DNA of 64,000 nucleotides from an uncultured delta proteobacterium (lineage in GTDB: Bacteria > Desulfobacterota > Binatia > UBA9968), in contig CAWJBB010000074.1 in the NCBI GenBank assembly GCA_963840855.1, forward strand, positions 9,214-73,213, given 5' to 3'. This document shows positions 1-11,694 of this stretch, in pieces. The first letter of the stretch is position 1. Every line of letters starts with the position of its first letter. The position numbers and the translations under genes are program-made. The notes beneath the pieces were generated by a model, which had not been told where the DNA came from, searched no databases, and worked only from the letters and a program-made list of their open reading frames with translations.

Positions 1-715
1 CGGCAACCGTGATCATAAAACCTATCCCGGCGGTGGCGGCATAGAGTTCGCCGACCATGACACCGACAATGGCCCGCCCAAGCCCGAGCCTCAAACCGCT
101 AAGGATGAAGGGGACTGTCGAAGGGAACACAACGGTTTTGAAGATCAGCCACTCCGATGCGCCAAAACTCCTGGCGGCGGTGAGAAGATTCATAGGGGTC
201 GTTTTCACCCCATCGCGCGCATTGATCAGTATAGGAAAGACCGCGCCCAAAAAGATAATGCCGACCTTCGAAAGGATGCCGATTCCCAGCCATATGATCA
301 CCAAAGGCAGAAGCGCGACGCGGGGCGTCGCGTTCATTGCGTTGACAAAGGGATCAAAGATGTAGGCCACTTTCTTGTACCAGCCGATCATGATTCCAAA
401 AGGGACTGCGAACAAGGCCGAAAGGAAATAGCCGCCGAAGAGCTCTATGCCGCTTACATAGAGGTCGTTGAATATTTCGCCCGAGGCAAACAGCTGAACC
501 GCAGCGTTGAAAACAAGCGAAGGCGCGCTCATGAACATTGGATTGATTAACTGAAAGGTGTTGCCCACCAGCTCCCATACAATGAGAAACAGGGCGACGC
601 TTACCGTGCCGAGAATTTTCTTCTCATGAATCAGATAGAATTTGTATAAGCGCGAGGCTTCGGCGACTTTTACGTCGAGTAACAGTTCGTCCGCGGCATT
701 TTCTGGATTAGCCAT
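1..715 (-). CDS. ABC transporter permease, SsuC/TauC (nitrate/sulfonate) type; runs off the window edge
   Basis: Manual translation MANPENAADELL...NATPRVALLPLVIIWLGIG...AARSFGAS...LRLGLGRAIVGVMVGE gives hydrophobic helices and an EAA-loop region. ATG at 715 overlaps the MarR stop (ATGGCTAA). Confidence 0.9.
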   Translation of the reverse strand, partial: MANPENAADELLLDVKVAEASRLYKFYLIHEKKILGTVSVALFLIVWELVGNTFQLINPMFMSAPSLVFNAAVQLFASGEIFNDLYVSGIELFGGYFLSALFAVPFGIMIGWYKKVAYIFDPFVNAMNATPRVALLPLVIIWLGIGILSKVGIIFLGAVFPILINARDGVKTTPMNLLTAARSFGASEWLIFKTVVFPSTVPFILSGLRLGLGRAIVGVMVGELYAATAGIGFMITVA

Positions 716-1208
716 GGTGAGTTTCCTTTCGCGATTTATTCGGCACTGTTGGAAGGCCGGCGTTGGGATTCTCCACCGCCGCGGCAGTCAAGCCGGCGTT
801 GTCAATCAGAGTCTGCAGGATCTGTACAAACTTCGGCCCGGCGGACTGCAGTTCTTGGAGGTGGTGGAGTGAGAGCGTCTTGAGGAACTTTTCGCCGTCG
901 TGAGTCAGCTTGACCAGAACTTGCCGTCGATCATCGATCGCCCGCAAGCGGCAAAGGAAACCTCGATCGACCAGCCGATCAATGAGCTCAACGGTGCTGT
1001 GATGCTGCAATTGCATCCTTTCGGCTAACACACCGACGGTCGGTTTGAGGTTGTCGGGTAGACCTCTTACGGCCAGCAAAAGTTGGTGTTGTTGGGGCTC
1101 GATGCCTGCTTGTCGCGCGGCGTTTTCACTGAAACGCAGGAAGCGGCGGATTTGATAACGAAGTTCCGCCATCGATTTGAAGTCGGGGAGATGTGCTGCT
1201 TTAGACAT
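708..1208 (-). CDS. MarR-family transcriptional regulator
   Basis: wHTH pattern LAERMQLQHHSTVELIDRLVDRGFL..DDRRQVLVKLT. Confidence 0.9.
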   Translation of the reverse strand: MSKAAHLPDFKSMAELRYQIRRFLRFSENAARQAGIEPQQHQLLLAVRGLPDNLKPTVGVLAERMQLQHHSTVELIDRLVDRGFLCRLRAIDDRRQVLVKLTHDGEKFLKTLSLHHLQELQSAGPKFVQILQTLIDNAGLTAAAVENPNAGLPTVPNKSRKETHHG

Positions 1209-1213
1209 TCTTA

Positions 1214-1269
1214 TATCGTATAACGATAATATCGTTTTACGATATATTTGAACTCGGACAGCTTGTCAA
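1214..1269 (-). promoter_or_regulatory. Tandem TATCGT-N3-ACGATA palindromes (putative MarR operators) overlapping a sigma70-like promoter
   Basis: Perfect palindromes at 1214-1228 and 1230-1244. Minus-strand TTGACA (1269-1264), 17-nt spacer, then TATATC (1246-1241). Confidence 0.75.
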
Positions 1270-1465
1270 CTCCCCCGTGCTTCCGTTAATTCGCTGAACA
1301 TTGAACGAGCTGAGAATTGACAGGAGGCAATTGTAATCGCGACGTAAGATCTTTGGCTGGCCGTGCTGACCGAAGCATCGTGCTGGCGTATTCCTTTCGT
1401 ATTCCTTAACTGTATATTGACTTTGTGCGGGTTTTCCTTTAAAAAAATTGTTTCAAGAAATTCTC

Positions 1466-1780
1466 ATGAAATACGCGGTAATTAGAACTGGTGGCAAACA
1501 GTATCGGGTGTCCGAAGGGCAGCTCGTTAAGATCGAGAAGCTCGGTGGAGAAGTCGGCGACAAGGTCACTTTGGGTGACGTTTTGTTCGTTGGCGGCAAC
1601 GGTGAAGTGAAGATCGGAGCGCCATTGGTGGCCGATGCCAAGGTCACCGGCGAGATCGTCGGCCAGGGCAAGGCAAAAAAGGTTCTGGTATTCAAGAAGA
1701 AACGGCGTAAAAGCTATAGCCGGCAGCGAGGCCACCGCCAGCACCAGACCACCCTGAAGATCACCGCGATTGAAGCGTAA
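1466..1780 (+). CDS. rplU: 50S ribosomal protein L21
   Basis: [15 protein letters not shown]...GHRQ signature. Confidence 0.98.
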   Translation: MKYAVIRTGGKQYRVSEGQLVKIEKLGGEVGDKVTLGDVLFVGGNGEVKIGAPLVADAKVTGEIVGQGKAKKVLVFKKKRRKSYSRQRGHRQHQTTLKITAIEA

Positions 1781-1794
1781 CCAAGGAGCAAGAG

Positions 1795-2055
1795 ATGGCG
1801 CATAAAAAAGCCGGTGGCAGCTCGCGTAACGGCAGAGACAGCCAAGGGCAACGGCGCGGCGTGAAAGTTTTTGGCGGTGAGACCGTGCGCGCGGGCAATA
1901 TTCTGGTCCGGCAACTGGGCACGAGGATTCACCCTGGAAAGAACGTCGGCATGGGACGGGACTATACTTTGTTCGCGTTGACCGATGGCATCGTCAAGTA
2001 TGGGCGCTACGATAAGACTCGAAAGAAAGTCGAAGTGCTGCCGGCTGTGCAATGA
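1795..2055 (+). CDS. rpmA: 50S ribosomal protein L27
   Basis: [16 protein letters not shown] signature; AAGGAG RBS. Confidence 0.98.
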   Translation: MAHKKAGGSSRNGRDSQGQRRGVKVFGGETVRAGNILVRQLGTRIHPGKNVGMGRDYTLFALTDGIVKYGRYDKTRKKVEVLPAVQ

Positions 2056-2077
2056 TGGGAAGATCATTGCCGATCTG

Positions 2078-2104
2078 AAAAGCCCCGTTCGGGGCTTTTT
2101 TTTT
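2078..2104 (+). terminator. Intrinsic terminator after rpmA
   Basis: AAAAGCCCCG-TT-CGGGGC followed by T9. Confidence 0.85.
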
Positions 2105-2139
2105 ATCCGCGAGAAGGGGATGATAGGACAAAAGGATGA

Positions 2140-4405
<2,266 letters not shown>

Positions 4406-4451
4406 CGGGCGGCAGAAATAGACTCATATGCTCTCGCTTCGACGTATAACA

Positions 4452-4480
4452 GTAGGGGACGGTCGCGACCGTCCCCGTAC
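4452..4480 (+). repeat. GTAG-tagged REP palindrome
   Basis: GTAG followed by perfect 22-bp palindrome GGGGACGGTCGCGACCGTCCCC. Confidence 0.75.
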
Positions 4481-4510
4481 GCTTTTTGAAGTTCCACCAA
4501 GGATTTCGAA

Positions 4511-5776
4511 GTGAATAAAACTTCATTGAAAGAGGAAGCGATCCTTTTGGGCCAGCAGGCCAAGGCGGCTGCGCGGAAGCTCGCGCCGCTTTCCTCCGCA
4601 GAGAAAAATGGCGCCTTGCTGCTGATGGCGGAGAAACTTGAAGCCCGAACGGCGTTTCTACTTAAGGAGAACGAGAAGGACCTTGAATTCGCCAAGCAGA
4701 CCAGTGTGTCCGGCGCGGTGCTAGACCGCATCGCTCTCAATCCCGATCGCGTTCAAACGATGGCCAAGGGTTTACGCGAAGTCGTGGCGCTGCCGGACCC
4801 CGTGCGAGAAATCGTCAAGATGTGGCGGCGCCCCAATGGCCTTCAAGTCGGCAAGATGCGCATTCCCCTGGGAGTTATCGGCATGATCTATGAAGCGCGG
4901 CCCAACGTCACGGCGGATGCCGCGGCGCTCTGTCTCAAGTCTGGAAATGCCGTGATTTTGCGCGGCGGCAGCGAGGCGCATTTCTCGAACCAAGCCATTG
5001 GCGAGGTGTTGCGTCAAGCCCTAGCGGAAACAAGCGTGCCCCCGGCGGCGATTCAGGTCGTGGAGAACAAGGACCGCGCGCTGGTGCGGGAGCTGCTGCA
5101 ATTGGAAGAGTACATCGATCTGATCATTCCGCGCGGCGGCGAGGAGCTGATCCGCGCCGTGGCGGCGAGTTCAAAAGTGCCCGTCATCAAGCACTTCAAA
5201 GGCGTGTGCCATGTTTACGTGGACAATGAAGCGCCTCTCGAGATGGCAGAGCGCATCTGCATGAACGCCAAGGTGCAGCGCCCGTCCGTGTGTAACGCCA
5301 TGGAGACGCTGCTTGTGCACGAAGCTATTGCCGGCAGGTTTCTTCCATCCATAGCAGTGAAATATCAGGCCGCGGGGGTGGAGATTCGCGGATGCGAAAA
5401 GACCCGCGCTCTCGTGCCTGCGGCGAAAGAAGCCACGGAAGCCGACTGGACAACGGAGTATCTCGACTTGATTCTCTCGGTTCGCGTTGTGAAAGACATA
5501 GACGAAGCCATCGATCACATCGAGCGCTATGGCTCCGAACACACGGAAACCATTGTGACCACGAACTATCAAAGGTCGCGGGAGTTCATCGACCGCGTCA
5601 ATTCTTCGGCGGTGATGGTCAATGCGTCCACCCGCTTCAACGATGGCGGCGAGCTAGGGCTGGGCGCGGAAATCGGCATCAGCACGAGCAAAATTCACGC
5701 CTTCGGCCCGATGGGATTGGAAGAGCTAACGACGACTAAGTTCGTCGTGTTGGGGGATGGGCAGATTCGGGAATGA
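4511..5776 (+). CDS. proA: Gamma-glutamyl phosphate reductase
   Basis: PLGVIGMIYEARPNVT, RPSVCNAMETLL, NASTRFNDG, GPMGL. Confidence 0.98.
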   Translation: MNKTSLKEEAILLGQQAKAAARKLAPLSSAEKNGALLLMAEKLEARTAFLLKENEKDLEFAKQTSVSGAVLDRIALNPDRVQTMAKGLREVVALPDPVREIVKMWRRPNGLQVGKMRIPLGVIGMIYEARPNVTADAAALCLKSGNAVILRGGSEAHFSNQAIGEVLRQALAETSVPPAAIQVVENKDRALVRELLQLEEYIDLIIPRGGEELIRAVAASSKVPVIKHFKGVCHVYVDNEAPLEMAERICMNAKVQRPSVCNAMETLLVHEAIAGRFLPSIAVKYQAAGVEIRGCEKTRALVPAAKEATEADWTTEYLDLILSVRVVKDIDEAIDHIERYGSEHTETIVTTNYQRSREFIDRVNSSAVMVNASTRFNDGGELGLGAEIGISTSKIHAFGPMGLEELTTTKFVVLGDGQIRE

Positions 5777-5812
5777 TCACGCCACCCCAAATTACCCCTC
5801 CACCCAGCGCCT

Positions 5813-5874
5813 GTCTCGGGTCTCGGGTCTTGGGTCTCGGGTTGACGCGAGACGCTGTACTCGAGACTCGAGAC
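5813..5874. repeat. 7-mer tandem array (GTCTCGG)x4 with inverted (ACTCGAG)x2-3
   Basis: Directly visible between proA and nadD. Confidence 0.8.
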
Positions 5875-5954
5875 AAATTGCGAAGTCATTTCACGCGATG
5901 GACATGGCCGCTCGCAGCTTGTAAATTTTCTCGGGAAGGTCATCTCGGTCGCCC

Positions 5955-6617
5955 ATGAGGATCGGTCTGTTCGGCGGCACCTTCGATCCGATCCATTGGG
6001 GCCACCTGCGTAGCGCCGAAGAGGTGCGCGAGGCCTTCGCCCTGGACCGGATTTTTTTCATTCCCACCGCTAAGCCGCCGCACAAACGTGGCCAGACCAA
6101 AACGTCAGCGCGTGACCGTCTGGCGATGGTGCGCTTGGCGCTGGCGAGCAATCCAAACTTCGGAGTTTCCACCGTCGAAATCAACCGGCCGGGGGTGTCC
6201 TATTCCGTCGACACGCTGCGCTATTTCGCCGCGCGCAAGCGGAGCAATGACACTTATTATTTCATCCTGGGCCTCGACGCATTTCGGGAGATCGAATCCT
6301 GGAAGAATTTCAAGCAAGTGTTTCCGCTTTGTAATTTTATCGTTACATCGCGTCCGGGGAGCCGAAAGTCGAATCTATTGAGTGGCATCTCCATTGCCGT
6401 GCGGAAACTGTTTTGTTATGATCCAAAAGAGAAAAATTATCGCCATCGGAGTGGCAGTACGCTGCATTTCTTGCAACTCACCGACTTCGCCGTTTCGGCG
6501 TCTGACATTCGCGCCAGAGTTCGGCTGGGCAAATCGATCCGTTACCTGGTGCCCCATGCAGTCGAAGAGTATATCGGCAATCGGCGTCTTTACCGGGGGC
6601 CGGCAGGGGAGAACTAG
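5955..6617 (+). CDS. nadD: Nicotinate-nucleotide adenylyltransferase
   Basis: GGTFDPIHWGH, PPHK, SYSVDTL, SASDIR. Confidence 0.97.
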   Translation: MRIGLFGGTFDPIHWGHLRSAEEVREAFALDRIFFIPTAKPPHKRGQTKTSARDRLAMVRLALASNPNFGVSTVEINRPGVSYSVDTLRYFAARKRSNDTYYFILGLDAFREIESWKNFKQVFPLCNFIVTSRPGSRKSNLLSGISIAVRKLFCYDPKEKNYRHRSGSTLHFLQLTDFAVSASDIRARVRLGKSIRYLVPHAVEEYIGNRRLYRGPAGEN

Positions 6618-6622
6618 CGCCA

Positions 6623-7003
6623 TTGGCTGAGAAAAACTCGTGGGAAAGGACCTTAACACTCGTGGCCGCCGCGTTGGAGAAGAAGGCCTGCAATCTCAAC
6701 GTGCTTTGTGTAAAGGAAATAACGTCCATCGCGGATTATTTTATTATCTGTTCGGGACGTTCCGACCGGCAGGTACAGAGCATTGCCCAGGGGATCGAAG
6801 AGACGGCGCTGACGCTGGGTATCAGGCCCTTTGCGGTCGAAGGCGCCGGCCGCGGCCATTGGGTGCTCATGGATTTTTCTGACGTCATCGTGCACATCTT
6901 TTACGAACCCGTCCGTGAGTTCTACGATCTCGATGGGCTGTGGGGCGACGCTCCGCGGGCCGAATTGCCGGAACACTATGCGAAACTTGCCGGCCAGTTT
7001 TGA
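6623..7003 (+). CDS. rsfS: Ribosome silencing factor (Iojap family)
   Basis: ADYFIICSGRSDRQV, WVLMDFSDVIVHIF, REFYDLDGLW; TTG start. Confidence 0.95.
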   Translation: MAEKNSWERTLTLVAAALEKKACNLNVLCVKEITSIADYFIICSGRSDRQVQSIAQGIEETALTLGIRPFAVEGAGRGHWVLMDFSDVIVHIFYEPVREFYDLDGLWGDAPRAELPEHYAKLAGQF

Positions 7004-7006
7004 ATC

Positions 7007-7090
7007 GTTCAAAGTTCCGATGTTCGAGGTTCAAAGTTTGGGAACTTAAAGCTCCAGCGCAAATTCGACCTTGAACATTAAACGTTGAAC
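7007..7090. repeat. GTTCAAR 7-mer array with inverted TTGAAC array
   Basis: gttcaaa-gttccga-t-gttcgag-gttcaaa ... ccttgaa-cattaaa-cgttgaac. Confidence 0.7.
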
Positions 7091-7122
7091 CCAATATTGC
7101 CCATCCAGGAAAGGAAGTTTTC

Positions 7123-8667
7123 GTGAGCATAGCGCGCCCGCTAATTCTCGTGATTTTGGATGGATTCGGCATCAACCCGCGAAAAGACGGCAACGCAATC
7201 GCCCATGCATCGATGCGTAATCTAGACGCGCTGTTGCGGAACTATCCAAATTCGCGTCTCTCCATGTCCGGCGCCGATGTCGGTTTGCCCGAGGGGCAGA
7301 TGGGCAACTCAGAAGTGGGCCACATGATTCTCGGCGCGGGGCGCATCGTGTACCAAGACCTCACGTTGATTCACAAGGACATCGACGAGGGGAGCTTCTA
7401 CAAAAATCCGGTTCTGCTCGATGCGTTGAGGAAAACCAAAGAGCGGAGCGGCCGGCTCCATTTGATGGGCCTTTTAGGCGACGGCGGCGTTCATAGCCAT
7501 CAGCGGCATCTGGAGGCGTTGATCGAGATGGCGCGCCGCGAGAATGTGAATCGCATATATCTCCATCTTTTTCTCGACGGCCGCGACACCCCGCCCAACA
7601 GCGCCGAGCAGTTCGTGCTCGACTTAGACGAGAAGCTCAAGGCGTATCCCGAAACCAAAATTGCTACCGTTATGGGGCGCTACTACGCCATGGACCGCGA
7701 CAAACGCTGGGAACGTGTTGAAAAGGCCTATCGTTGTCTCACCGAAGGAGCCGGGAAAAAAGCGCCGTCGGCGCTGGATGCGATCCGCCAAAGCTACGCG
7801 GAAAAAGTTACCGACGAATTTCTACTGCCCGCGCTTATGGAAGACCCCGGCCACGAAGGGCTCATTCGCGACGGCGATGGGGCGATCTTTTTTAACTTCC
7901 GGGCGGACCGAGCGCGGGAGCTGACGCGGGCGTTTACGGAGGAAAACTTTAAAGAGTTTCCGCGCCCGCGCCGCATCGACCTCGCGGCTTTTGCGACCCT
8001 GACGCAGTACGATGAAAAGTTCAAACTGCCAGCGGCGTATCAGCCGAGAGAACTGAGGCAAATCCTGGGGCAAGTGGCGAGCGATCATGGCATTCGCCAA
8101 CTGCGCATCGCCGAGACTGAAAAGTACGCCCACGTGACCTATTTCTTCAACGGCGGGGAAGAAAAGGAGTTTTCCGGTGAACAGCGTATTATGATCCCTT
8201 CGCCGAGAGACGTCGCCACCTACGATCTGAAGCCCGAAATGAGCGCGCGGCAAGTCACCGAGGCACTGGTAAAAAAATTCCGTGCGGAAGACATCGGCCT
8301 GGTGATCGCCAACTATGCCAACGCCGACATGGTCGGTCATACGGGAAACTTTGAGGCATCGGTGAAAGCTTGCGAGGTGATCGACGAGTGCCTCGGCAAA
8401 GTGGTGGACGCCGCGCTGGGTAAAAAAGGCCGCGTGGTTATTACTGCGGATCACGGCAATATCGAACAGCTCATCGATTACGACACCGGCATGCCCCACA
8501 CTGCGCATACAACCAATCTCGTGCCGTTGATCCTTGTGGATGAGGAGCGCAAGAACGTCGAGCTCAAGCAAGGCGCGGCCAGCGACGTCGCGCCGACGGT
8601 TTTGAAGCTCCTCGAAGTTCCCCAGCCGAAAGAAATGACGGGCCGGTCGCTCGTCGTTGAATCCTAG
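7123..8667 (+). CDS. gpmI: 2,3-bisphosphoglycerate-independent phosphoglycerate mutase
   Basis: ILDGFG, MGNSEVGH, DGRDT, AETEKYAHVT, NADMVGHTG, TADHGN. Confidence 0.98.
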   Translation: MSIARPLILVILDGFGINPRKDGNAIAHASMRNLDALLRNYPNSRLSMSGADVGLPEGQMGNSEVGHMILGAGRIVYQDLTLIHKDIDEGSFYKNPVLLDALRKTKERSGRLHLMGLLGDGGVHSHQRHLEALIEMARRENVNRIYLHLFLDGRDTPPNSAEQFVLDLDEKLKAYPETKIATVMGRYYAMDRDKRWERVEKAYRCLTEGAGKKAPSALDAIRQSYAEKVTDEFLLPALMEDPGHEGLIRDGDGAIFFNFRADRARELTRAFTEENFKEFPRPRRIDLAAFATLTQYDEKFKLPAAYQPRELRQILGQVASDHGIRQLRIAETEKYAHVTYFFNGGEEKEFSGEQRIMIPSPRDVATYDLKPEMSARQVTEALVKKFRAEDIGLVIANYANADMVGHTGNFEASVKACEVIDECLGKVVDAALGKKGRVVITADHGNIEQLIDYDTGMPHTAHTTNLVPLILVDEERKNVELKQGAASDVAPTVLKLLEVPQPKEMTGRSLVVES

Positions 8668-8775
8668 CAGCCTGCTGAAAAATTAATCTCGTACTTCGAG
8701 AGCATCGCACGAGCGGAAAATCTCCAATGATCTTAATCGTTCCTCCGTTCGCCCTGAGGATTCTCGAAGGGTGAA
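8665..8775. mobile_element. Partial MITE-like element; left TIR provides the gpmI stop codon
   Basis: TAGCAGCCTGCTGAAAAA matches the TIR at 9579; internal CCCTGAG..TCGAAGGG module. Confidence 0.55.
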
Positions 8776-8816
8776 CTCGCGAGGCCGCTAATTTCCTGCT
8801 AAGGTCACTACGCGAT

Positions 8817-9581
8817 ATGCAGCTTACCGCCTCACACGAACTTGCGGATCGTTTCGACTGGATCGTGGACTGGCTTTTCCCGCCCCGCTGCCGTGCGTGC
8901 GCAGGCTGGATTCACGGCAGGGACGCGGAATACTTTTGTTCATCTTGTGGGCCGAGCATAGAGCTCGTAAGGCATCCGCTGTGCACCGTGTGTGGCCGGC
9001 CGTTTCTCGAAGCCAGCGGGGACGATCATCCCTGTGGCGCTTGTATAAAGCGGGCTCCCCATTTTGTCCAGGCGCGGGCCTGGGCTTGCTATCCGCGTGA
9101 AGAACTGGACGAACAACCGCTCAGGAGCGTGGTGCAAAAATTCAAGTACGGCGGCAAAGTGTCTCTCGGAAAACCGTTGGGCCGACTCATGGCACGCGGC
9201 TGCGAAGGGTTTTTGCGCGAGTGCGACGCCGATCTGATCGTGCCGGTGCCGCTTCATCCCAAGCGGCTGCGCTGGCGCGGCTTTAACCAATCCGTCTTGC
9301 TGGCGCGCCAGGTGAGCCGCGCCTACGATACGCCGATGGATCCGTTTGTCCTCTTACGTCGCCGGGAAACGCCGCCACAAACCCAACTAACGGAAGAAGA
9401 GCGGCGCAAAAATATGCGCGGCGCTTTCTCGTTGAATCCAGATAAACCCATCGAGGATAAGAGAATACTGTTGATTGACGATGTTTACACGTCCGGGGCC
9501 ACGGTCAACGAGTGTAGTCGAGCGCTGCGGCGGGGCGGCGCCCGAGAGGTCTATGTCCTGACACTGGCGCGAGCAGTTTAG
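8817..9581 (+). CDS. comF: ComF-family protein (double Zn ribbon plus PRT domain)
   Basis: FPPRCRAC, CSSC, CTVCG, CGAC, VPVPLH..RGFNQS, LLIDDVYTSGAT. Confidence 0.92.
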   Translation: MQLTASHELADRFDWIVDWLFPPRCRACAGWIHGRDAEYFCSSCGPSIELVRHPLCTVCGRPFLEASGDDHPCGACIKRAPHFVQARAWACYPREELDEQPLRSVVQKFKYGGKVSLGKPLGRLMARGCEGFLRECDADLIVPVPLHPKRLRWRGFNQSVLLARQVSRAYDTPMDPFVLLRRRETPPQTQLTEEERRKNMRGAFSLNPDKPIEDKRILLIDDVYTSGATVNECSRALRRGGAREVYVLTLARAV

Positions 9582-9711
9582 CAGACTGCTGAAAAAGACC
9601 CATATGCTTCGTTGCGCTCGATCGATTTCGCGTCAACGTACTACGGATGTACGCCTCCGCTCGTCAATTTTTCGCGCGCCTCGCCTCTGAATCCTTTTGA
9701 GCAGCCTGCTA
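9579..9711. mobile_element. 133-bp MITE-like element with 18-bp imperfect terminal inverted repeats
   Basis: Left TAGCAGACTGCTGAAAAA and right CTTTTGAGCAGCCTGCTA (15/18 complementary); no transposase. Confidence 0.7.
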
Positions 9712-9843
9712 GGGCTAAAAAGCTTGCGCGTGTGGCCGGTATCGCGACGCACTCTCATGGCGCGGGTGAGAAGACAGGAAGGGTATTGAACCGCTGGAAC
9801 GATTGAACTTTTGGAACCATTTGGAACGAAAGTGCAGCGACTT

Positions 9844-10425
9844 ATGGCGCGGGACGATCAAGAAAAATGGGATCGGCGATACGCCGATGCGCAGGGGCCG
9901 GACGGTCCGTCGAATTTCCTCGCCGAGATTCTTTCAGCTGAAGCGTGGTCCATACCGCCGGGTCGAGCGCTCGATGTCGCGTGCGGCATGGGGCGAAACG
10001 CACTGTTCCTCGCGGCCCGAGGTTTTGAGGTTACTGCCCTGGATATTTCGATCGTCGCTTTGGCAGAAGCGCGCCGCCGGGCGCTGGCGAGGTCTCTGGC
10101 GGTATCTTGGCAACAGGCCGATTTAGAACAAATCCAGCTTCCCCAGGCCCGCTACGACCTCATTGTTAATTTCAACTATTTGCAGAGATCGTTAATCCCG
10201 CAAATCCATTCGGCCCTCACGGTTGGCGGCCATGTGATATTTGAAACCTACCTGATCGATCAGAAGGAGATCGGCGATCCGAAAAATCCTCAATACCTAC
10301 TTGCCCATAACGAGCTATTGGATCTTTTTCGCGGCTGTCGCGTTCTTTACTACCGCGAAGGAAAGTTAGCCGATGGCGGTGCGAGCTCTTTTCGGGCGGG
10401 AATCTTGGCGCAGAAAGTCATTTAA
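9844..10425 (+). CDS. Class I SAM-dependent methyltransferase (TehB-like)
   Basis: ALDVACGMGRNALFLA..GFEVTALDIS. Confidence 0.85.
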   Translation: MARDDQEKWDRRYADAQGPDGPSNFLAEILSAEAWSIPPGRALDVACGMGRNALFLAARGFEVTALDISIVALAEARRRALARSLAVSWQQADLEQIQLPQARYDLIVNFNYLQRSLIPQIHSALTVGGHVIFETYLIDQKEIGDPKNPQYLLAHNELLDLFRGCRVLYYREGKLADGGASSFRAGILAQKVI

Positions 10426-10444
10426 CTTCCACATTCGGCGCCCT

Positions 10445-10638
10445 TAACACAGGCTGTAAAAAATCTCTCGGAGTCCTTCGACCCTTCGAGGGGCCTCAGG
10501 GCAGGCCCCCTCGACAGCCTTTAGTCCCGAGCCTGTCGACGGGTCAGGACGAACGGGGATAGATTTGAAACGATCAAGAAAAGTCGTTCATGCTGAGGCA
10601 CTCGAAGCATTCCGTATGTTTTTTCTGCGACCTGCTAG
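10445..10638. mobile_element. MITE-like element containing several nested CCTTCGAC/CTGAGCCTGTCGA palindromic modules
   Basis: Ends CAGGCTGTAAAAAA and TTTTTCTGCGACCTGCTAG resemble the 9579 TIRs. Confidence 0.6.
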
Positions 10639-10661
10639 TTAATGTGCCCGCATCTGTTGTA

Positions 10662-10681
10662 ATATCGCAATATTTAAATAT
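10662..10681. promoter_or_regulatory. Putative SahR operator (20-bp ATAT..ATAT imperfect palindrome)
   Basis: ATATCGCAATATTTAAATAT, 14/20 self-complementary, 23 nt upstream of the ArsR-methyltransferase start. Confidence 0.5.
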
Positions 10682-10704
10682 AATGATAATGAATTGGTCG
10701 GCCT

Positions 10705-11673
10705 ATGGAATTTGTTCGCGCCCTCAAAGCTTTAGCGGACCCTTTGCGTTTGCGCATCCTCGCGGCGGTTTCCGAAGAGGAACTCACGGTCGGGGAGGTG
10801 CAGGAGATCGTTGAGTCGCGGCAGTCGTCGGTCTCACGCAACCTCGCTATTCTGCGCGAGGCCGGCTTCGTCCAGGATCGCAAGGAAGGGACGAGCGTGT
10901 ATTTTTCCGGGCGCCCAATCATGCCCGAGCCGGCGCGGGAACTCTTCAAGTCGCTGCATTCTCGGCTCTCCGATATCCCCGAGGTCAAACGCGATCAGGC
11001 TCGACTGGAAGAGTGCCGGCGCCGGCGTCAGCTGCGTTCCCGGGGCTATTTTGAAGCGATGGCGGGGGATTGGGAACGCATTCGCAAGAGCTATTTCGAC
11101 GACCGGGTGACTTCACTGGCGATCGAGAAATTGCTGCCGCGCGACCTTACGCTCGCCGATATCGGTTGCGGCACGGGCAGCTTGACCTTTGAGCTGGCCC
11201 GTTTTGCCGGCAAGGTCATCGGCGTCGATCTTTCCCATGAGATGTTGCGGCGCGCTCGCGCCGTCGCTAAGGAACGGGAGTTTCGCAACGTCGAATTTCG
11301 CCAGGGCGACGCCCTCAAGCCGCCCTTGGATTCCCGCAGCGTCGACGCGGCCTTTTGCGTCATGGTGCTGCATTTTCTCGCCGACCCAGAGCGCGCCATC
11401 GCCGGCCTGTGCCGCATCGCCCGGCGCGGCGGCACGGTGATCCTGGTCGATTTGGTAGAGCACAAACAGGATTGGATGCGCGAGCAAATGGCGCACCGCT
11501 GGCTCGGATTCGACCGCGGATCGATTGAGCGATGGTTTCACGAAGCCGGGGCCGAATCGGTAGATTACGATTTAACCGGATCTTACGCCGGCGAGAAAAT
11601 GGCGCGCAATGGCAATCGGCCGGTGGAAATTTTCGTCGCGCGTGCGCGCTTGCCGGTAAAAGCCAGCGGGTAA
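10705..11673 (+). CDS. sahR: ArsR-HTH plus SAM-methyltransferase-fold regulator (SahR-like methionine/SAM-cycle regulator)
   Basis: N-terminal LKALADPLRLRIL..QSSVSRNLAILREAG; C-terminal ADIGCGTG; directly upstream of metH. Confidence 0.8.
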   Translation: MEFVRALKALADPLRLRILAAVSEEELTVGEVQEIVESRQSSVSRNLAILREAGFVQDRKEGTSVYFSGRPIMPEPARELFKSLHSRLSDIPEVKRDQARLEECRRRRQLRSRGYFEAMAGDWERIRKSYFDDRVTSLAIEKLLPRDLTLADIGCGTGSLTFELARFAGKVIGVDLSHEMLRRARAVAKEREFRNVEFRQGDALKPPLDSRSVDAAFCVMVLHFLADPERAIAGLCRIARRGGTVILVDLVEHKQDWMREQMAHRWLGFDRGSIERWFHEAGAESVDYDLTGSYAGEKMARNGNRPVEIFVARARLPVKASG

Positions 11674-11694
11674 ATCATCCAAGAAGACAAAGTC

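Noticed and set aside
5773-5958. Small ORFs over intergenic repeats (also 9612-9806 and the 5' extensions of the ORFs at 2191, 18460 and 40600)
   Set aside because: They are translations of repeat DNA; better starts matching family N-termini lie downstream.
10440-10704. SAM or cobalamin riboswitch upstream of sahR-metH
   Set aside because: The hairpins match the dispersed repeat modules, and no riboswitch consensus was recognised. An Rfam scan would be decisive.
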